DNA of 58,770 nucleotides from positions 1 through 58,770 of the IMG/VR virus record IMGVR_UViG_3300045996_001447; one strand, written 5' to 3'. The position numbers were made by a program, and so were the translations under genes. This stretch comes from a virus (Duplodnaviria; Caudoviricetes). The first letter of the stretch is position 1, and each line of letters opens with the position of its first letter. A model generated the notes under the pieces. That model worked only from the letters and a program-made list of their open reading frames with translations, ran no database searches and was not told the DNA's origin. This document shows positions 26,895 through 35,431 of this stretch, piece by piece.

Positions 26895-27160
26895 CCGCCC
26901 GGGCCCAGTGGTCCGGGTTCCCCACGGACGTGACGCGGGTGTTCCACGAGGCCGAGGAACCGGACGGGGTGGTGGCCACGATGACGGTCCGCCTGACGTT
27001 CGGGGACTCGGGCACGACCCCGAGCCGGCACTACGGGCGCCTGGTGGCGGTTCCGCTGACCCGACCGATGCTGGAGGTCCTGGCCCGCCTGGCCTGCGAC
27101 GCCAGGGTGGTGGACTACGTCCAGACATGGCCGCGGGACGAACTGGGGAACCCCGAGTGA
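26891..27160 (+). CDS. hypothetical protein
   Basis: GTGA coupling. Confidence 0.6.
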   Translation: MTARAQWSGFPTDVTRVFHEAEEPDGVVATMTVRLTFGDSGTTPSRHYGRLVAVPLTRPMLEVLARLACDARVVDYVQTWPRDELGNPE

Positions 27161-27249
27161 CGGGGCTCGTGCTGGAGTGGCTCGGCCCGATGCTCGGGGC
27201 GCTCGGCGGGCTGGGGCTGGCCGTCCGGCTCCGGCCCCCGCCCCGCTGA
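27157..27249 (+). CDS. 30-aa membrane peptide
   Basis: GTGA coupling; hydrophobic. Confidence 0.45.
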   Translation: MTGLVLEWLGPMLGALGGLGLAVRLRPPPR

Positions 27250-27254
27250 ATCCA

Positions 27255-27315
27255 GGGGTTGTGCCTAGTGTCGGGTGTGCCTTACACTGAGAGCATGACA
27301 ACGCAGACCGCCACC
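27255..27315 (+). promoter_or_regulatory. promoter-leader cassette copy 1
   Basis: TTGTGC-18(TGTCGGG)-TACACT-GAGAGC-ATGACAACGCAGACCGCCA. Confidence 0.85.
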
Positions 27316-27555
27316 ACCGCCCGCGTTCCCGGCTCCGTCCGTTACAGCGTCTGGATGGACTCCGAGACCATCACTCTGATCCGCGACGTGTACGCCGGGG
27401 TCTCCGGCCCGATGCAGTCGATCCCGACCGGTAAGCGTGACCTAGCCAGCGTCACGGCCTGGGTGGAGCGCCAGGGGTTCCGGGTCATCTCGGACTGGGC
27501 CGTGGACCACAACTACAACGGCCTGTTGCTCACCGCCGAGCTGGCCGAGTCCTGA
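27295..27555 (+). CDS. hypothetical protein (MTTQTA cassette 1)
   Basis: leaderless start 6 nt after -10; 86 aa. Confidence 0.8.
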   Translation: MTTQTATTARVPGSVRYSVWMDSETITLIRDVYAGVSGPMQSIPTGKRDLASVTAWVERQGFRVISDWAVDHNYNGLLLTAELAES

Positions 27556-27561
27556 CCGAGT

Positions 27562-27597
27562 AGATGTGGCCCGGGTCTCCGGATCCGGGTCACATCT
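27562..27597 (+). terminator. hairpin before cassette 2
   Basis: AGATGTGGCCCGG / CCGGGTCACATCT. Confidence 0.65.
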
Positions 27598-27598
27598 G

Positions 27599-27659
27599 GG
27601 GGTTGCATCTAGTGTCGGGTATGCCTTACACTGAGAGCATGACAACACAGACCGCCACC
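27599..27659 (+). promoter_or_regulatory. promoter-leader cassette copy 2
   Basis: TTGCAT-18-TACACT-GAGAGC-ATGACAACACAGACCGCCA. Confidence 0.85.
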
Positions 27660-27941
27660 ATCACCTACTTCGGCCAGATCCTGCGGATCGAGATCCCGAC
27701 CGCGAACCGGGACGAGGCCGCGGCCCTGGCCGCCACGTTCCCCAAGGCGTGCAAGTTCCGCGACGCGATGATCCTCACCGCCACCGGTCACGGTGCCGGC
27801 GCCCGGGCGGAGATCAACCTGGCCTCCACCGGCGTCACCGGGGAGATCAACGAGGCCGGGATCCGGCGCCTGCGGACCATCCGCAAGGCTCTGGCCGCCA
27901 AGGCCATCACGGTCACCGCCGACGAGGCGGCCGACATCTGA
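27639..27941 (+). CDS. hypothetical protein (MTTQTA cassette 2)
   Basis: leaderless start; 100 aa. Confidence 0.8.
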   Translation: MTTQTATITYFGQILRIEIPTANRDEAAALAATFPKACKFRDAMILTATGHGAGARAEINLASTGVTGEINEAGIRRLRTIRKALAAKAITVTADEAADI

Positions 27942-27996
27942 CCGACCGTCCTCCCTCCGGAGGCCGGGAGGTCCCGACCACCGGAGGGAGGCTCCG

Positions 27997-28227
27997 ATGA
28001 CCTACAAGACGCCGTGCCAGCTCGGGGACCCCGAGGTGTGGTTTCCGCTGGACGAGGACGGCCGTGCGGCCCGTCCCGCGCGGGAGGGTTGCCGGGCCTG
28101 CCTCGGCCGCACCGCGTGCCTCACCCTGGCCCTGGAGCTGGGTGCCGAGGGGATCTGGGGCGGCACGAGCACGAGCGAGCGCCGGGCGATGCGGCGCGCC
28201 GCGCGCCGGCAGGCTCGCACCGCATGA
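27997..28227 (+). CDS. whiB: WhiB family transcription factor
   Basis: C...DPE.WFP...C..C.....C...AL...GIWGG.S..ERR. Confidence 0.9.
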   Translation: MTYKTPCQLGDPEVWFPLDEDGRAARPAREGCRACLGRTACLTLALELGAEGIWGGTSTSERRAMRRAARRQARTA

Positions 28228-28229
28228 CT

Positions 28230-28273
28230 CGCGGCCGGAGGGATGTTCTTGGCGGTCCGTCCCTCCGGCCGCG
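28230..28273 (+). terminator. hairpin before cassette 3
   Basis: CGCGGCCGGAGGGATG / CGTCCCTCCGGCCGCG. Confidence 0.65.
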
Positions 28274-28284
28274 TTCCATATTTA

Positions 28285-28343
28285 GGGGTTGCACCTATTG
28301 TCGGGTGTGCCTTACACTGAGAGCATGACAACGCAGACCGCCA
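28285..28343 (+). promoter_or_regulatory. promoter-leader cassette copy 3
   Basis: TTGCAC-18-TACACT-GAGAGC-ATGACAACGCAGACCGCCA. Confidence 0.85.
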
Positions 28344-28519
28344 TCCGTTACACCGTGATCATTGTCCTGACCGTCGTGTCCGTCGCCTGTTTCGTCGTGG
28401 TCGTCGTCTCGAACCCGGCCGCGGCCGCGGCCGGGTTCGAGACCGCTGCGACGCCTGTGCGCTCGATCTGGGCGTTCGTCGTCCACACCGTGAGCGCCGG
28501 GTTCGCCCACCTGTCCTGA
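28325..28519 (+). CDS. membrane protein (MTTQTA cassette 3)
   Basis: leaderless start; 64 aa with TM helix. Confidence 0.8.
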   Translation: MTTQTAIRYTVIIVLTVVSVACFVVVVVSNPAAAAAGFETAATPVRSIWAFVVHTVSAGFAHLS

Positions 28520-28548
28520 CACACACACCGAGCACTGGAGTGACCGCC

Positions 28549-28872
28549 ATGACCACCACGAGCACCCTCACCGAGACCGAGGCCCGAGCGCGGGCCACCG
28601 AGTACCGCGAGGCCACGCGCCGCGTGGCGGCCGCCGTCGGACGTGACAGCCACGACGTCGTCCTGGACGAGCTGAGCGAGATTCACCACCGGGTCAACGC
28701 CCTGGACAGCACCCTGGGCACGTGGCTGCTCTGTGAGCGCTGCGACTACTCCGAGCTGGCCCGCCAGCTCCGGACCAGTTCGGGGCCGAACCCGGACGCG
28801 GTCGTCGCCCTGGCCGAGACCTGGCGCGAGTCCTACCAGCGCACCGAGGACCACATCCGGAGCCTCGGGTGA
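28549..28872 (+). CDS. hypothetical protein
   Basis: GGAG RBS after ACACCGAGCAC motif. Confidence 0.7.
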   Translation: MTTTSTLTETEARARATEYREATRRVAAAVGRDSHDVVLDELSEIHHRVNALDSTLGTWLLCERCDYSELARQLRTSSGPNPDAVVALAETWRESYQRTEDHIRSLG

Positions 28873-29297
28873 GCCCCCGCGTGTGGGAGGTCCCCGAGGC
28901 CCCCGAGATGGCGGTCACCGTGGTGCACACCCACGACCAGGACACCGGACGCCCGGTGGTCTGGTACCGGGCGGTGGACGGGGTGAACTGGTCGCGCCAC
29001 GAGAACGCCCGGCCGGGGGACGGCCTGTTCACCTGGCGCGAGCTGCTGGACCTCGGTCCGGTCACCGAGGGCCACCAGGTGCCGGAGTACCGGCGGGGGT
29101 TCTACCGGCTGCGCGGACGCCTGGATCTGGGAGGTGCTGACCGCACGGTGGAGGCCGGAACGCTACTGCTGGTCTCCGAGGTGGTCCGCGCTCCGCTCAC
29201 ACCCATGGCCGTGATCGACACTGTCGGGATCCCCCGGGTCACGGTCACCTGGACCGAGCTGGACCTGGCCGGCGCCGAACGCGTCGACAACCCGTAG
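28869..29297 (+). CDS. hypothetical protein
   Basis: GTGA coupling; W.VPE.PE...TWRELL..GPVTE motif. Confidence 0.7.
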   Translation: MSPRVWEVPEAPEMAVTVVHTHDQDTGRPVVWYRAVDGVNWSRHENARPGDGLFTWRELLDLGPVTEGHQVPEYRRGFYRLRGRLDLGGADRTVEAGTLLLVSEVVRAPLTPMAVIDTVGIPRVTVTWTELDLAGAERVDNP

Positions 29298-29315
29298 CCG
29301 CTCGGCGACACCCCG

Positions 29316-29366
29316 TTGCCTCCGAGTGTCGCGTGGCCCTACAGTGAGCCGTGCGACACTCGGAGG
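29316..29366 (+). promoter_or_regulatory. promoter embedded in long inverted repeat
   Basis: TTGCCT-18-TACAGT; arms CCTCCGAGTGTCGC / GCGACACTCGGAGG. Confidence 0.6.
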
Positions 29367-29371
29367 TGACC

Positions 29372-29563
29372 ATGGGCCGCCACTGCGACGGCACCCCGAT
29401 TCACGCGCTCTGGGGCATCCCCGCCCCGCGACGGGCGCCGCACACCATCACCGGCCGCCACCGCGCGGTCCCGCCACCACGACACCGATTGGATCATCCC
29501 GATGAGCGAGACCACTTCCCCGACGAGTACCGGACCGGAGCCCGCCGGCACGCCGGCGCCTGA
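29372..29563 (+). CDS. small hypothetical protein
   Basis: strong GGAGGTGA RBS; overlaps next ORF by about 60 nt. Confidence 0.45.
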   Translation: MGRHCDGTPIHALWGIPAPRRAPHTITGRHRAVPPPRHRLDHPDERDHFPDEYRTGARRHAGA

Positions 29564-30008
29564 CCGCTGGGAGCTGGCGCCCGAGCCGAATCTCGTGCAG
29601 GCCCGTCGGGCGGACGCCGACTACAAGGCCGGCAGCCTGGAGCAGGCCAAGGACCGGGTGGCCGATCTGCTGCGGGTCAACGATGACCTGCGCTGGAGCC
29701 TGGCCCGTTACCGCGGCACGCCGGAGTTGCGCACCGCGGCCCGGACGGTCGTGGACGCCCCGACTGCCGTGGACCGCACCTCCGCGGTCGATCGCCTGAG
29801 CAGGGCGCTGGAGGCGGTGGAGCGTGACCCCGAGGTCACCGAGCCGGACCTGAACCGCGCGGTCGTGGTGGCCGCGCGCCGGGTGCACGAGCGCTACCGG
29901 AACGGGGCCGCTCGGGACATCCCGCGGGAGCACTGGACCGAGCTGTCCCGGGCGCTGCGCGACTACGACAGGCACGTAATGGCGGCCAACCAGGAGGTGG
30001 AGGCATGA
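29502..30008 (+). CDS. hypothetical helical protein
   Basis: GC3-rich frame, coupled to next gene. Confidence 0.65.
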   Translation: MSETTSPTSTGPEPAGTPAPDRWELAPEPNLVQARRADADYKAGSLEQAKDRVADLLRVNDDLRWSLARYRGTPELRTAARTVVDAPTAVDRTSAVDRLSRALEAVERDPEVTEPDLNRAVVVAARRVHERYRNGAARDIPREHWTELSRALRDYDRHVMAANQEVEA

Positions 30009-30631
30009 GCAACGAGGGTGTCTGGGAAGTCGACGGGATTGCGCCGGAGGTCGTGTTGGCCTGGGCCCGTGGCGTGGCCGGGGACGCCCCGGCCGCCTCG
30101 GTGATCCTGACCCGGGCCGGTGAGGGCGGGCCGGTCACGATGGACGGTCGGGCCACGCTGCTGCACCACGACGTGACCGCGGTCGGCACGTTCACCGTGG
30201 TGCTCTGGGCCGAGCGTCCGCACGACCACGGCGCGGACTACGTCATGCGCCAGCACGTGCTCCGGGATCGGCCTGCGCCGGAGACGTCCGAGCCGGTCTC
30301 GACCCTGCGGCCGCGGGTGCGCGCGTTCCAGCCGGACCCCGACCGGGACCCGATCCTCGTGCTGGACCGCTGGCCTCACGACATGAGCCTGCCGACGTTC
30401 GACCCGCGCCAGCTCGGGTTCTCCGGGGCCGTGGCGTTCCCGATGGCCGTGGACCTGGACGACGACGGCCTGGACGACGAGCCGGACGCGGTCGTGCGGA
30501 CGCGGGACAAGGTGCTGGCGTTGGCCCGGGACCTGGCCGTGTTGCACGACGAGGGCCGCGACACCGCGGCCGCCCGGGAGCACCTGGCCCAGGCCGTGAC
30601 CGAGTACGGAGAGGCGGTGGAGGGCGCCTAG
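30005..30631 (+). CDS. hypothetical protein
   Basis: GGAGG RBS, ATGA coupling. Confidence 0.7.
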   Translation: MSNEGVWEVDGIAPEVVLAWARGVAGDAPAASVILTRAGEGGPVTMDGRATLLHHDVTAVGTFTVVLWAERPHDHGADYVMRQHVLRDRPAPETSEPVSTLRPRVRAFQPDPDRDPILVLDRWPHDMSLPTFDPRQLGFSGAVAFPMAVDLDDDGLDDEPDAVVRTRDKVLALARDLAVLHDEGRDTAAAREHLAQAVTEYGEAVEGA

Positions 30632-30641
30632 AATCTGGGGG

Positions 30642-30671
30642 TTGCAATGACTGTCGGGTTCGTCCTACACT
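30642..30671 (+). promoter_or_regulatory. SigA-like leaderless promoter with TGTCGGG box
   Basis: TTGCAA-18-TACACT-6 nt-ATG(30678). Confidence 0.8.
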
Positions 30672-30677
30672 CTTGGT

Positions 30678-31208
30678 ATGACGAACTCGACCGCCACCCG
30701 CATCGCCGCTCCGGCCACCCCCGCGCAGCGCGCGTTCCTGTCCAAGCTGATCGCCGACGCCGCCGAGCTGGGCGTGACCCTCCACCACGACCTGGACGCG
30801 CTGTCCAAGCACTCCGCCAGCTACGCGATCGACGGCGCCAAGCTGGCCATCTCCGAGGCCCGGCGCCAGCAGCCCGTCCGCCGGCCGGCCCGCGACACGC
30901 AGGGCCCGGCCGAAACCGTCACCGAGGGCATGTACCTGGCCGACGAGGTGATCTACAAGGTGCAGCGCGCGGTGCACGGCTCGGGCAACCTCTACGCCAA
31001 ACGCCTGGTCGTGGACGAGTACGGCTCGGCCCGGTTCGAGTACGCCCCCGGCGCCATCCGCACCCTGACGGCCGAGCACAAGATGACCCTGGAGCAGGCC
31101 AAGGCGTTCGGCGCGCTCTACGGCTCGTGCGTCGTCTGCGGCGCCACGCTGACCAACGAGGACTCGATCGCGGCCGGCATCGGCCCGATCTGCGCCGGCC
31201 GATTCTGA
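30678..31208 (+). CDS. DUF6011-like Zn-finger protein
   Basis: C-terminal CVVCG..LT...SI..GIGPIC; N-terminal AT.AQ..FL..L. Confidence 0.8.
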   Translation: MTNSTATRIAAPATPAQRAFLSKLIADAAELGVTLHHDLDALSKHSASYAIDGAKLAISEARRQQPVRRPARDTQGPAETVTEGMYLADEVIYKVQRAVHGSGNLYAKRLVVDEYGSARFEYAPGAIRTLTAEHKMTLEQAKAFGALYGSCVVCGATLTNEDSIAAGIGPICAGRF

Positions 31209-31216
31209 CTACCTCG

Positions 31217-31249
31217 GCCCGGGGCCCGTCACCACGGCGGGCCCCGGGT
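31217..31249 (+). terminator. hairpin
   Basis: GCCCGGGGCCCGTC...GCGGGCCCCGGGT. Confidence 0.55.
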
Positions 31250-31294
31250 CCCCTTCCCGACACCGAGCACCGAGACGACAGGAGAACGAGCGAC

Positions 31295-31717
31295 ATGCGT
31301 ACCGAGACCTGGACCCCGATTGCCCGTATCCGCGACGACGCCGGGGTGACTCCCGAGCGGATGGCCAAGGCCCCCGCCTGGACCACCAAGGCGATCGACC
31401 GCCTGGAGCGCGAACTGGCCGAGGCCCGTGCTGCGTTCGACGCGCTGGCCGGGAACGTCCCCACGGGACCCGGCGTGATCGAGGTGGCGCCCGACCACGG
31501 CGGCCAGGCCGTCCGGTTCCAGCCCGGCGCGTCGGTCGTCGTGCACCTGGCCGACGGGGAGCGGCACGGGGAGCCGCCGCGCGCCTACCGGATCCGACTC
31601 GACCGGTTCGGGCGCAACCCCGAGGCGCTGGACGTGATGTGGACCGGGTCGTCTCCGCTGGCCGCACTCGGCACCGGCGGACAGAACGTCTTGTCCCTCG
31701 TGGCTCTGGAGCGCTGA
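31295..31717 (+). CDS. hypothetical protein
   Basis: AGGAGA RBS; MAK.P.W....I..LER. Confidence 0.7.
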   Translation: MRTETWTPIARIRDDAGVTPERMAKAPAWTTKAIDRLERELAEARAAFDALAGNVPTGPGVIEVAPDHGGQAVRFQPGASVVVHLADGERHGEPPRAYRIRLDRFGRNPEALDVMWTGSSPLAALGTGGQNVLSLVALER

Positions 31718-31720
31718 GCG

Positions 31721-31858
31721 ATGCGTACCCGCCGACGCCGCTCGTCTGCTCGGATCGGCCCGTTCCGGCTCAACCGGTCCGGCCTGACCCGGGTCACCTC
31801 GGTGACGATGCGCCTGCCGCTCGGCCGCACGCTCGTGCTCTGGGAGCGTCCGCGATGA
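31721..31858 (+). CDS. 45-aa basic peptide (RIGPFRLN motif, DUF4236-like)
   Basis: fills gap, ATGA-coupled to next gene. Confidence 0.5.
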   Translation: MRTRRRRSSARIGPFRLNRSGLTRVTSVTMRLPLGRTLVLWERPR

Positions 31859-32013
31859 CTCGCCGGGATGACAGCCTGCGCCCGTCACGGGCGGAGCTGG
31901 AGGCGCTGCGCGAGCGGCTGGAGTCGCTGAGCCCGGAGCAGGCCGAGCACGAGATCCGAGCGGCCGTGCGCGAGAGCCGTAAGCGCGCCGCGGGACGGGA
32001 GGGGCGGAACTGA
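31855..32013 (+). CDS. small hypothetical protein
   Basis: coupled overlaps. Confidence 0.55.
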   Translation: MTRRDDSLRPSRAELEALRERLESLSPEQAEHEIRAAVRESRKRAAGREGRN

Positions 32014-32165
32014 TGGCCCGCCGAGCACGGGACGCCTGGCGCGATCAGCGCGGTTCCGGCCACGAGGGCACCGACACCCGCACCGGGGCGTCCGGTCCGG
32101 ACATGTGGCCGGATCCGCAGTGCCCGCACAAGGCCGAACGGGACCGCCGGAAGCCTCGCCGATGA
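32013..32165 (+). CDS. small hypothetical protein
   Basis: GGAGG RBS, coupled at both ends. Confidence 0.45.
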   Translation: MARRARDAWRDQRGSGHEGTDTRTGASGPDMWPDPQCPHKAERDRRKPRR

Positions 32166-32302
32166 ACGCCGAGCCCGTACGGGACCGGTGCAGCCGATGT
32201 GGCCGGGAGATTCGCCTGGTGCGCGGTCCCACCGGCCCTTACTGGCGCCACGCGCCCGAGCTGCCCTGGTGCGACGACAAGCGCCCCGAGCCCGCCCGAT
32301 GA
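32162..32302 (+). CDS. small CxxC hypothetical protein
   Basis: C..CG..I......W.H...C. Confidence 0.5.
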   Translation: MNAEPVRDRCSRCGREIRLVRGPTGPYWRHAPELPWCDDKRPEPAR

Positions 32303-32421
32303 CCGTGCGGCGCCGCCGGGTCTGGGTCACCGCCGGGACCACCGGCTGGGCCCGGGCCCCCTACGACCCCGACCGCGACCCGTCCCTCCCACCCGACACC
32401 GAGCACCCGGAGAGTCCTGAC

Positions 32422-33435
32422 ATGCCTACCGATCACACCCTGACCCCTGCCGATATCGCCGCCCGGTGCCGCATCCTCGGATGTGGCGTCACTATCCATG
32501 GCGCGAACTACAGGATCGTCCCTCCGGCGGATGCGACCACCGAGGACGGCTCCCGCCCCAGCGTCGTGCACTTCCCCGCCGACGCCGAGTTCCGCAGCAA
32601 GGCCGATCGAGCGCTGTCGGTGCGCAACCTGCGCAACAACGGCGTGGACGTCATGGAGGATCGGGACTGGACCGAGCGGCCGGCCGCCGAGCCGGAGCCG
32701 GCACCGGAGATCCCCAAGCTGGCGCCGATCCCCGGGCCGCGCCCGACCGCGGCCTGGTCCAAGAGGGCATCCGAGCCGGCACCGCAGCGGATCGACCCGG
32801 TCACCGAGGTGACGCCGGAGGACGTAGACCGCTCGGCCGAGATCGTGGCCGCGCTCGGCCACGAGCTGGCCCGCCTGCTGCTCCCGCTCAACGAGCGCCT
32901 GGACAAGCTGGCCACGCGGCTGGAGGCGGTGGAGTCCCGGCCCTCGGTCGGGGCGATGCGGGTCGGTCAGCTCGACGAGTCGGTGGGCAACCTGGCCCGG
33001 CGCGTCAACGACACCGAACGGGCTGCACTGAGCGCCCGGACCGGGCTGGAGCACGCGAACGACGCGGTCAAGGCGCTGACGGACAAGGTAGGTGGGAACG
33101 CCGCACGGGCGACGAACCTGGGTGCCGAGCTGGTCTCGATCCGCCAGCGATTGGATGCGCTGGAAGCCGGCACCGCGGCCGAGCCGGCACCGGACCCGAA
33201 CGCCTGGATGGACGAGATGCGCCGGGCCGTGCTCACCGCGCTGAGCCCCTACGGGGCCGTGTTCCTGCCCCGGGCCACCATCGCCGAGATCATGGGCATG
33301 GAGGACTCCCACGACTCCCCCGAGATCAAGCGCCTGTCCTACGTGCTCAAGATGATGAAGGAATCCGGGGAGCTGGAGTCCACCGGCGCCAAGTCCCAGA
33401 CCCGCTGGCGCCTGACCCGGAAGGACGAGAGCTGA
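32422..33435 (+). CDS. HicA-like N-domain / coiled coil / winged-HTH protein
   Basis: GGAGAG RBS; heptad middle; C-terminal TIAEIMG...LSYVL..M...G.L...G...TRW.L; alternative start 32299. Confidence 0.65.
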   Translation: MPTDHTLTPADIAARCRILGCGVTIHGANYRIVPPADATTEDGSRPSVVHFPADAEFRSKADRALSVRNLRNNGVDVMEDRDWTERPAAEPEPAPEIPKLAPIPGPRPTAAWSKRASEPAPQRIDPVTEVTPEDVDRSAEIVAALGHELARLLLPLNERLDKLATRLEAVESRPSVGAMRVGQLDESVGNLARRVNDTERAALSARTGLEHANDAVKALTDKVGGNAARATNLGAELVSIRQRLDALEAGTAAEPAPDPNAWMDEMRRAVLTALSPYGAVFLPRATIAEIMGMEDSHDSPEIKRLSYVLKMMKESGELESTGAKSQTRWRLTRKDES

Positions 33436-33581
33436 TGTTCATCACCGGAGCGATGTTCGACGCGCTGGTGGAGCAGGTGGCCCGGCTCGCGGTCCGGGTC
33501 GGCCAGGAATGCAAGGCGCTCCACGAGCGGATCGACGCGCTGGAGCAGCGCCTGGATGAACAGGGGAGGGACCAGCGATGA
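33435..33581 (+). CDS. small coiled-coil protein
   Basis: TGATG/ATGA coupling. Confidence 0.55.
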   Translation: MFITGAMFDALVEQVARLAVRVGQECKALHERIDALEQRLDEQGRDQR

Positions 33582-33994
33582 CCACCGCACGGGAACGACT
33601 GCTGGATCGGCTCACCCGGTGGAGCGGTCCGGGTGGCGAGGGTTGCCACACCGACATCGGGTCGGACGTTCGGATCCTGTTGGCCGAGGTGGACACCCGC
33701 GAGGACATGACGCCCGAGGTAGAGCCGAACCCGGCCGACACCATCGCCGCCGTCCGGTGGGCCGTGACTGGTCGCACCGACGTGGAGGTGCCGAGCTGGG
33801 TAGAGCGTGACCCGGCCGGGGTTCTCGACGCCATCCGGTCGTTCCTCACCCGGCACGAGGTGCCCCGCGCGCCGGTCAAGGCGCTGCTTGCCGCGCTGGA
33901 CGACATCGACGCGTACAGCCCGCAGACCGTCGATCTCGACGCTGTCGTCGCCGAGGTGCGGCGCCACCTGGACGAGTCGGAGAGTGACCGGTGA
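33578..33994 (+). CDS. hypothetical protein
   Basis: GGAGG RBS, coupled. Confidence 0.65.
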   Translation: MTTARERLLDRLTRWSGPGGEGCHTDIGSDVRILLAEVDTREDMTPEVEPNPADTIAAVRWAVTGRTDVEVPSWVERDPAGVLDAIRSFLTRHEVPRAPVKALLAALDDIDAYSPQTVDLDAVVAEVRRHLDESESDR

Positions 33995-34542
33995 TGACCA
34001 CCGCCGAGAAACGCGCCGTGCGGGCCGAGGCCGCCGGCCGCTACCGCAACCTGCTGGACCACTGCACCCCGAGCCTGCCGTGGCACCTGGACGTCTGGGT
34101 GCCCGGCAAGCCGGTGACCAAGGGCTCCACCACGGCGTACGCGATCTCGGCGCCGAACACCAAGCGTGGGATGCGCGCGGTGACCACCGCGGCCAACGAT
34201 CCGGAGCAGAAAGCCTGGGGCGCGCACGTGCGCGAGGCGGTGGTCACGGCCTGGGGTGAGGTGTCCCAGCTCGGCGCGCCGACCGCGGCGCCGGTGGTGG
34301 TCTGGTGTGAGTTCGTGATGCCGCGGCGGGCCAGCGCGCCCAAGGGCTACACCGAGCCGCACACCCGCAAGCCCGACACCGACAAGCTGTTGCGGATGAT
34401 CGGCGACCAGCTCACCCACGTGGTGGTCACCGACGACGCCACCACCGTGCTGATGGGCGGAGTGAAGCGGGAGGCCGAACCAGACGAGGCGCCGGGCGCC
34501 CGGATCCGGGTGTGCGTGCTGGCTTGGGGCGGTGCGTCATGA
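33991..34542 (+). CDS. rusA: RusA-like Holliday junction resolvase
   Basis: VPG.P..KGS; KPD.DKL.R.I.D.LT....DDA. Confidence 0.85.
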   Translation: MMTTAEKRAVRAEAAGRYRNLLDHCTPSLPWHLDVWVPGKPVTKGSTTAYAISAPNTKRGMRAVTTAANDPEQKAWGAHVREAVVTAWGEVSQLGAPTAAPVVVWCEFVMPRRASAPKGYTEPHTRKPDTDKLLRMIGDQLTHVVVTDDATTVLMGGVKREAEPDEAPGARIRVCVLAWGGAS

Positions 34543-34997
34543 GCACGATTCCGGGTTGGGAGGGGTCCATTGGCCCGTCTCCTGCGCAGTACGGCGACCT
34601 GCACGTCTATGCCCGCGACGTGACGTCGGGCGCTGGGAACTGCGTGTGCGGGCGAGACCCGGGTCATCGGCTGCACGTCCAGGTCGGCACGGCGCCCGAG
34701 GTGCAGTGCCCGAGGTGCGGGACCACGATCCGGTCCCGGCTTCCCGATGCCGAGGACGCTGCGCGGGTCGCCGAGCTGGAGATTGAGCTGGCCCGCGCCC
34801 GAGCCCGAATCCGGGAGCTGGGCGCCGACCTGAGCCTGGCCAAGGACGCGCTGCGCGAGCACGAGGCCACCCGCACCCTCGGCGGCCCGATCACCGGACG
34901 CCGGGTCCCGGACGACACCTGGGACAACGCCCCGTCCGCGGGGCCCGTCCAGCACGACTACAGCGGATCCACCGACGAGACAGGGGAACGATCGTGA
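34539..34997 (+). CDS. hypothetical protein (Zn ribbons plus coiled coil)
   Basis: H.Y......G.C.CG; CPRCG. Confidence 0.65.
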   Translation: MSTIPGWEGSIGPSPAQYGDLHVYARDVTSGAGNCVCGRDPGHRLHVQVGTAPEVQCPRCGTTIRSRLPDAEDAARVAELEIELARARARIRELGADLSLAKDALREHEATRTLGGPITGRRVPDDTWDNAPSAGPVQHDYSGSTDETGERS

Positions 34998-35431
34998 GCA
35001 CCGATCCGGCCGTCCAGATCGCGGCCACCGTCCAGCACCGGGTGGACCAGCAGTACCGCTACAAGCACGGCGGCCGGGAACGCCCAGGCCCGCGCTGGAG
35101 TGACCAGGCGTGCGCGGCGTGGCGCGAGGCGCACCGCCGGGCCGGCATGACCGGGGCCTGGACCACTACCCCGGTGGCCTCGGCGGTGGCTCTGCTCGAC
35201 GCCCTGGCCGGGCTGGGCACGTGCAACGGGGCCGAGTTGGCGCGACACGCCGGGGTGCAGCAGGGACAGGCCACCTCGGTGACCCTACCCCGGTTCGAGA
35301 GGCTGAACCTGGTGTCCCGGTCCACCGACGCCGAGGGCGTGGCCGGGCGCACCGGCCGGCCGACCCGCTGGACCATCACCCGCGCGGGTCGCGAGCTGGC
35401 CCGGGTGCTGCGGGACGGGAGGCTCCGATGA
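34994..35431 (+). CDS. winged-HTH (MarR-like) DNA-binding protein
   Basis: ELARHAG......S..L.R.....LV.R...W.IT.AGR. Confidence 0.75.
   Translation: MSTDPAVQIAATVQHRVDQQYRYKHGGRERPGPRWSDQACAAWREAHRRAGMTGAWTTTPVASAVALLDALAGLGTCNGAELARHAGVQQGQATSVTLPRFERLNLVSRSTDAEGVAGRTGRPTRWTITRAGRELARVLRDGRLR

Noticed and set aside
27255-28343. Cassette repeats as CRISPR repeats or integron attC sites
   Set aside because: They are promoter consensus plus start codons, non-palindromic, and no integrase is present.
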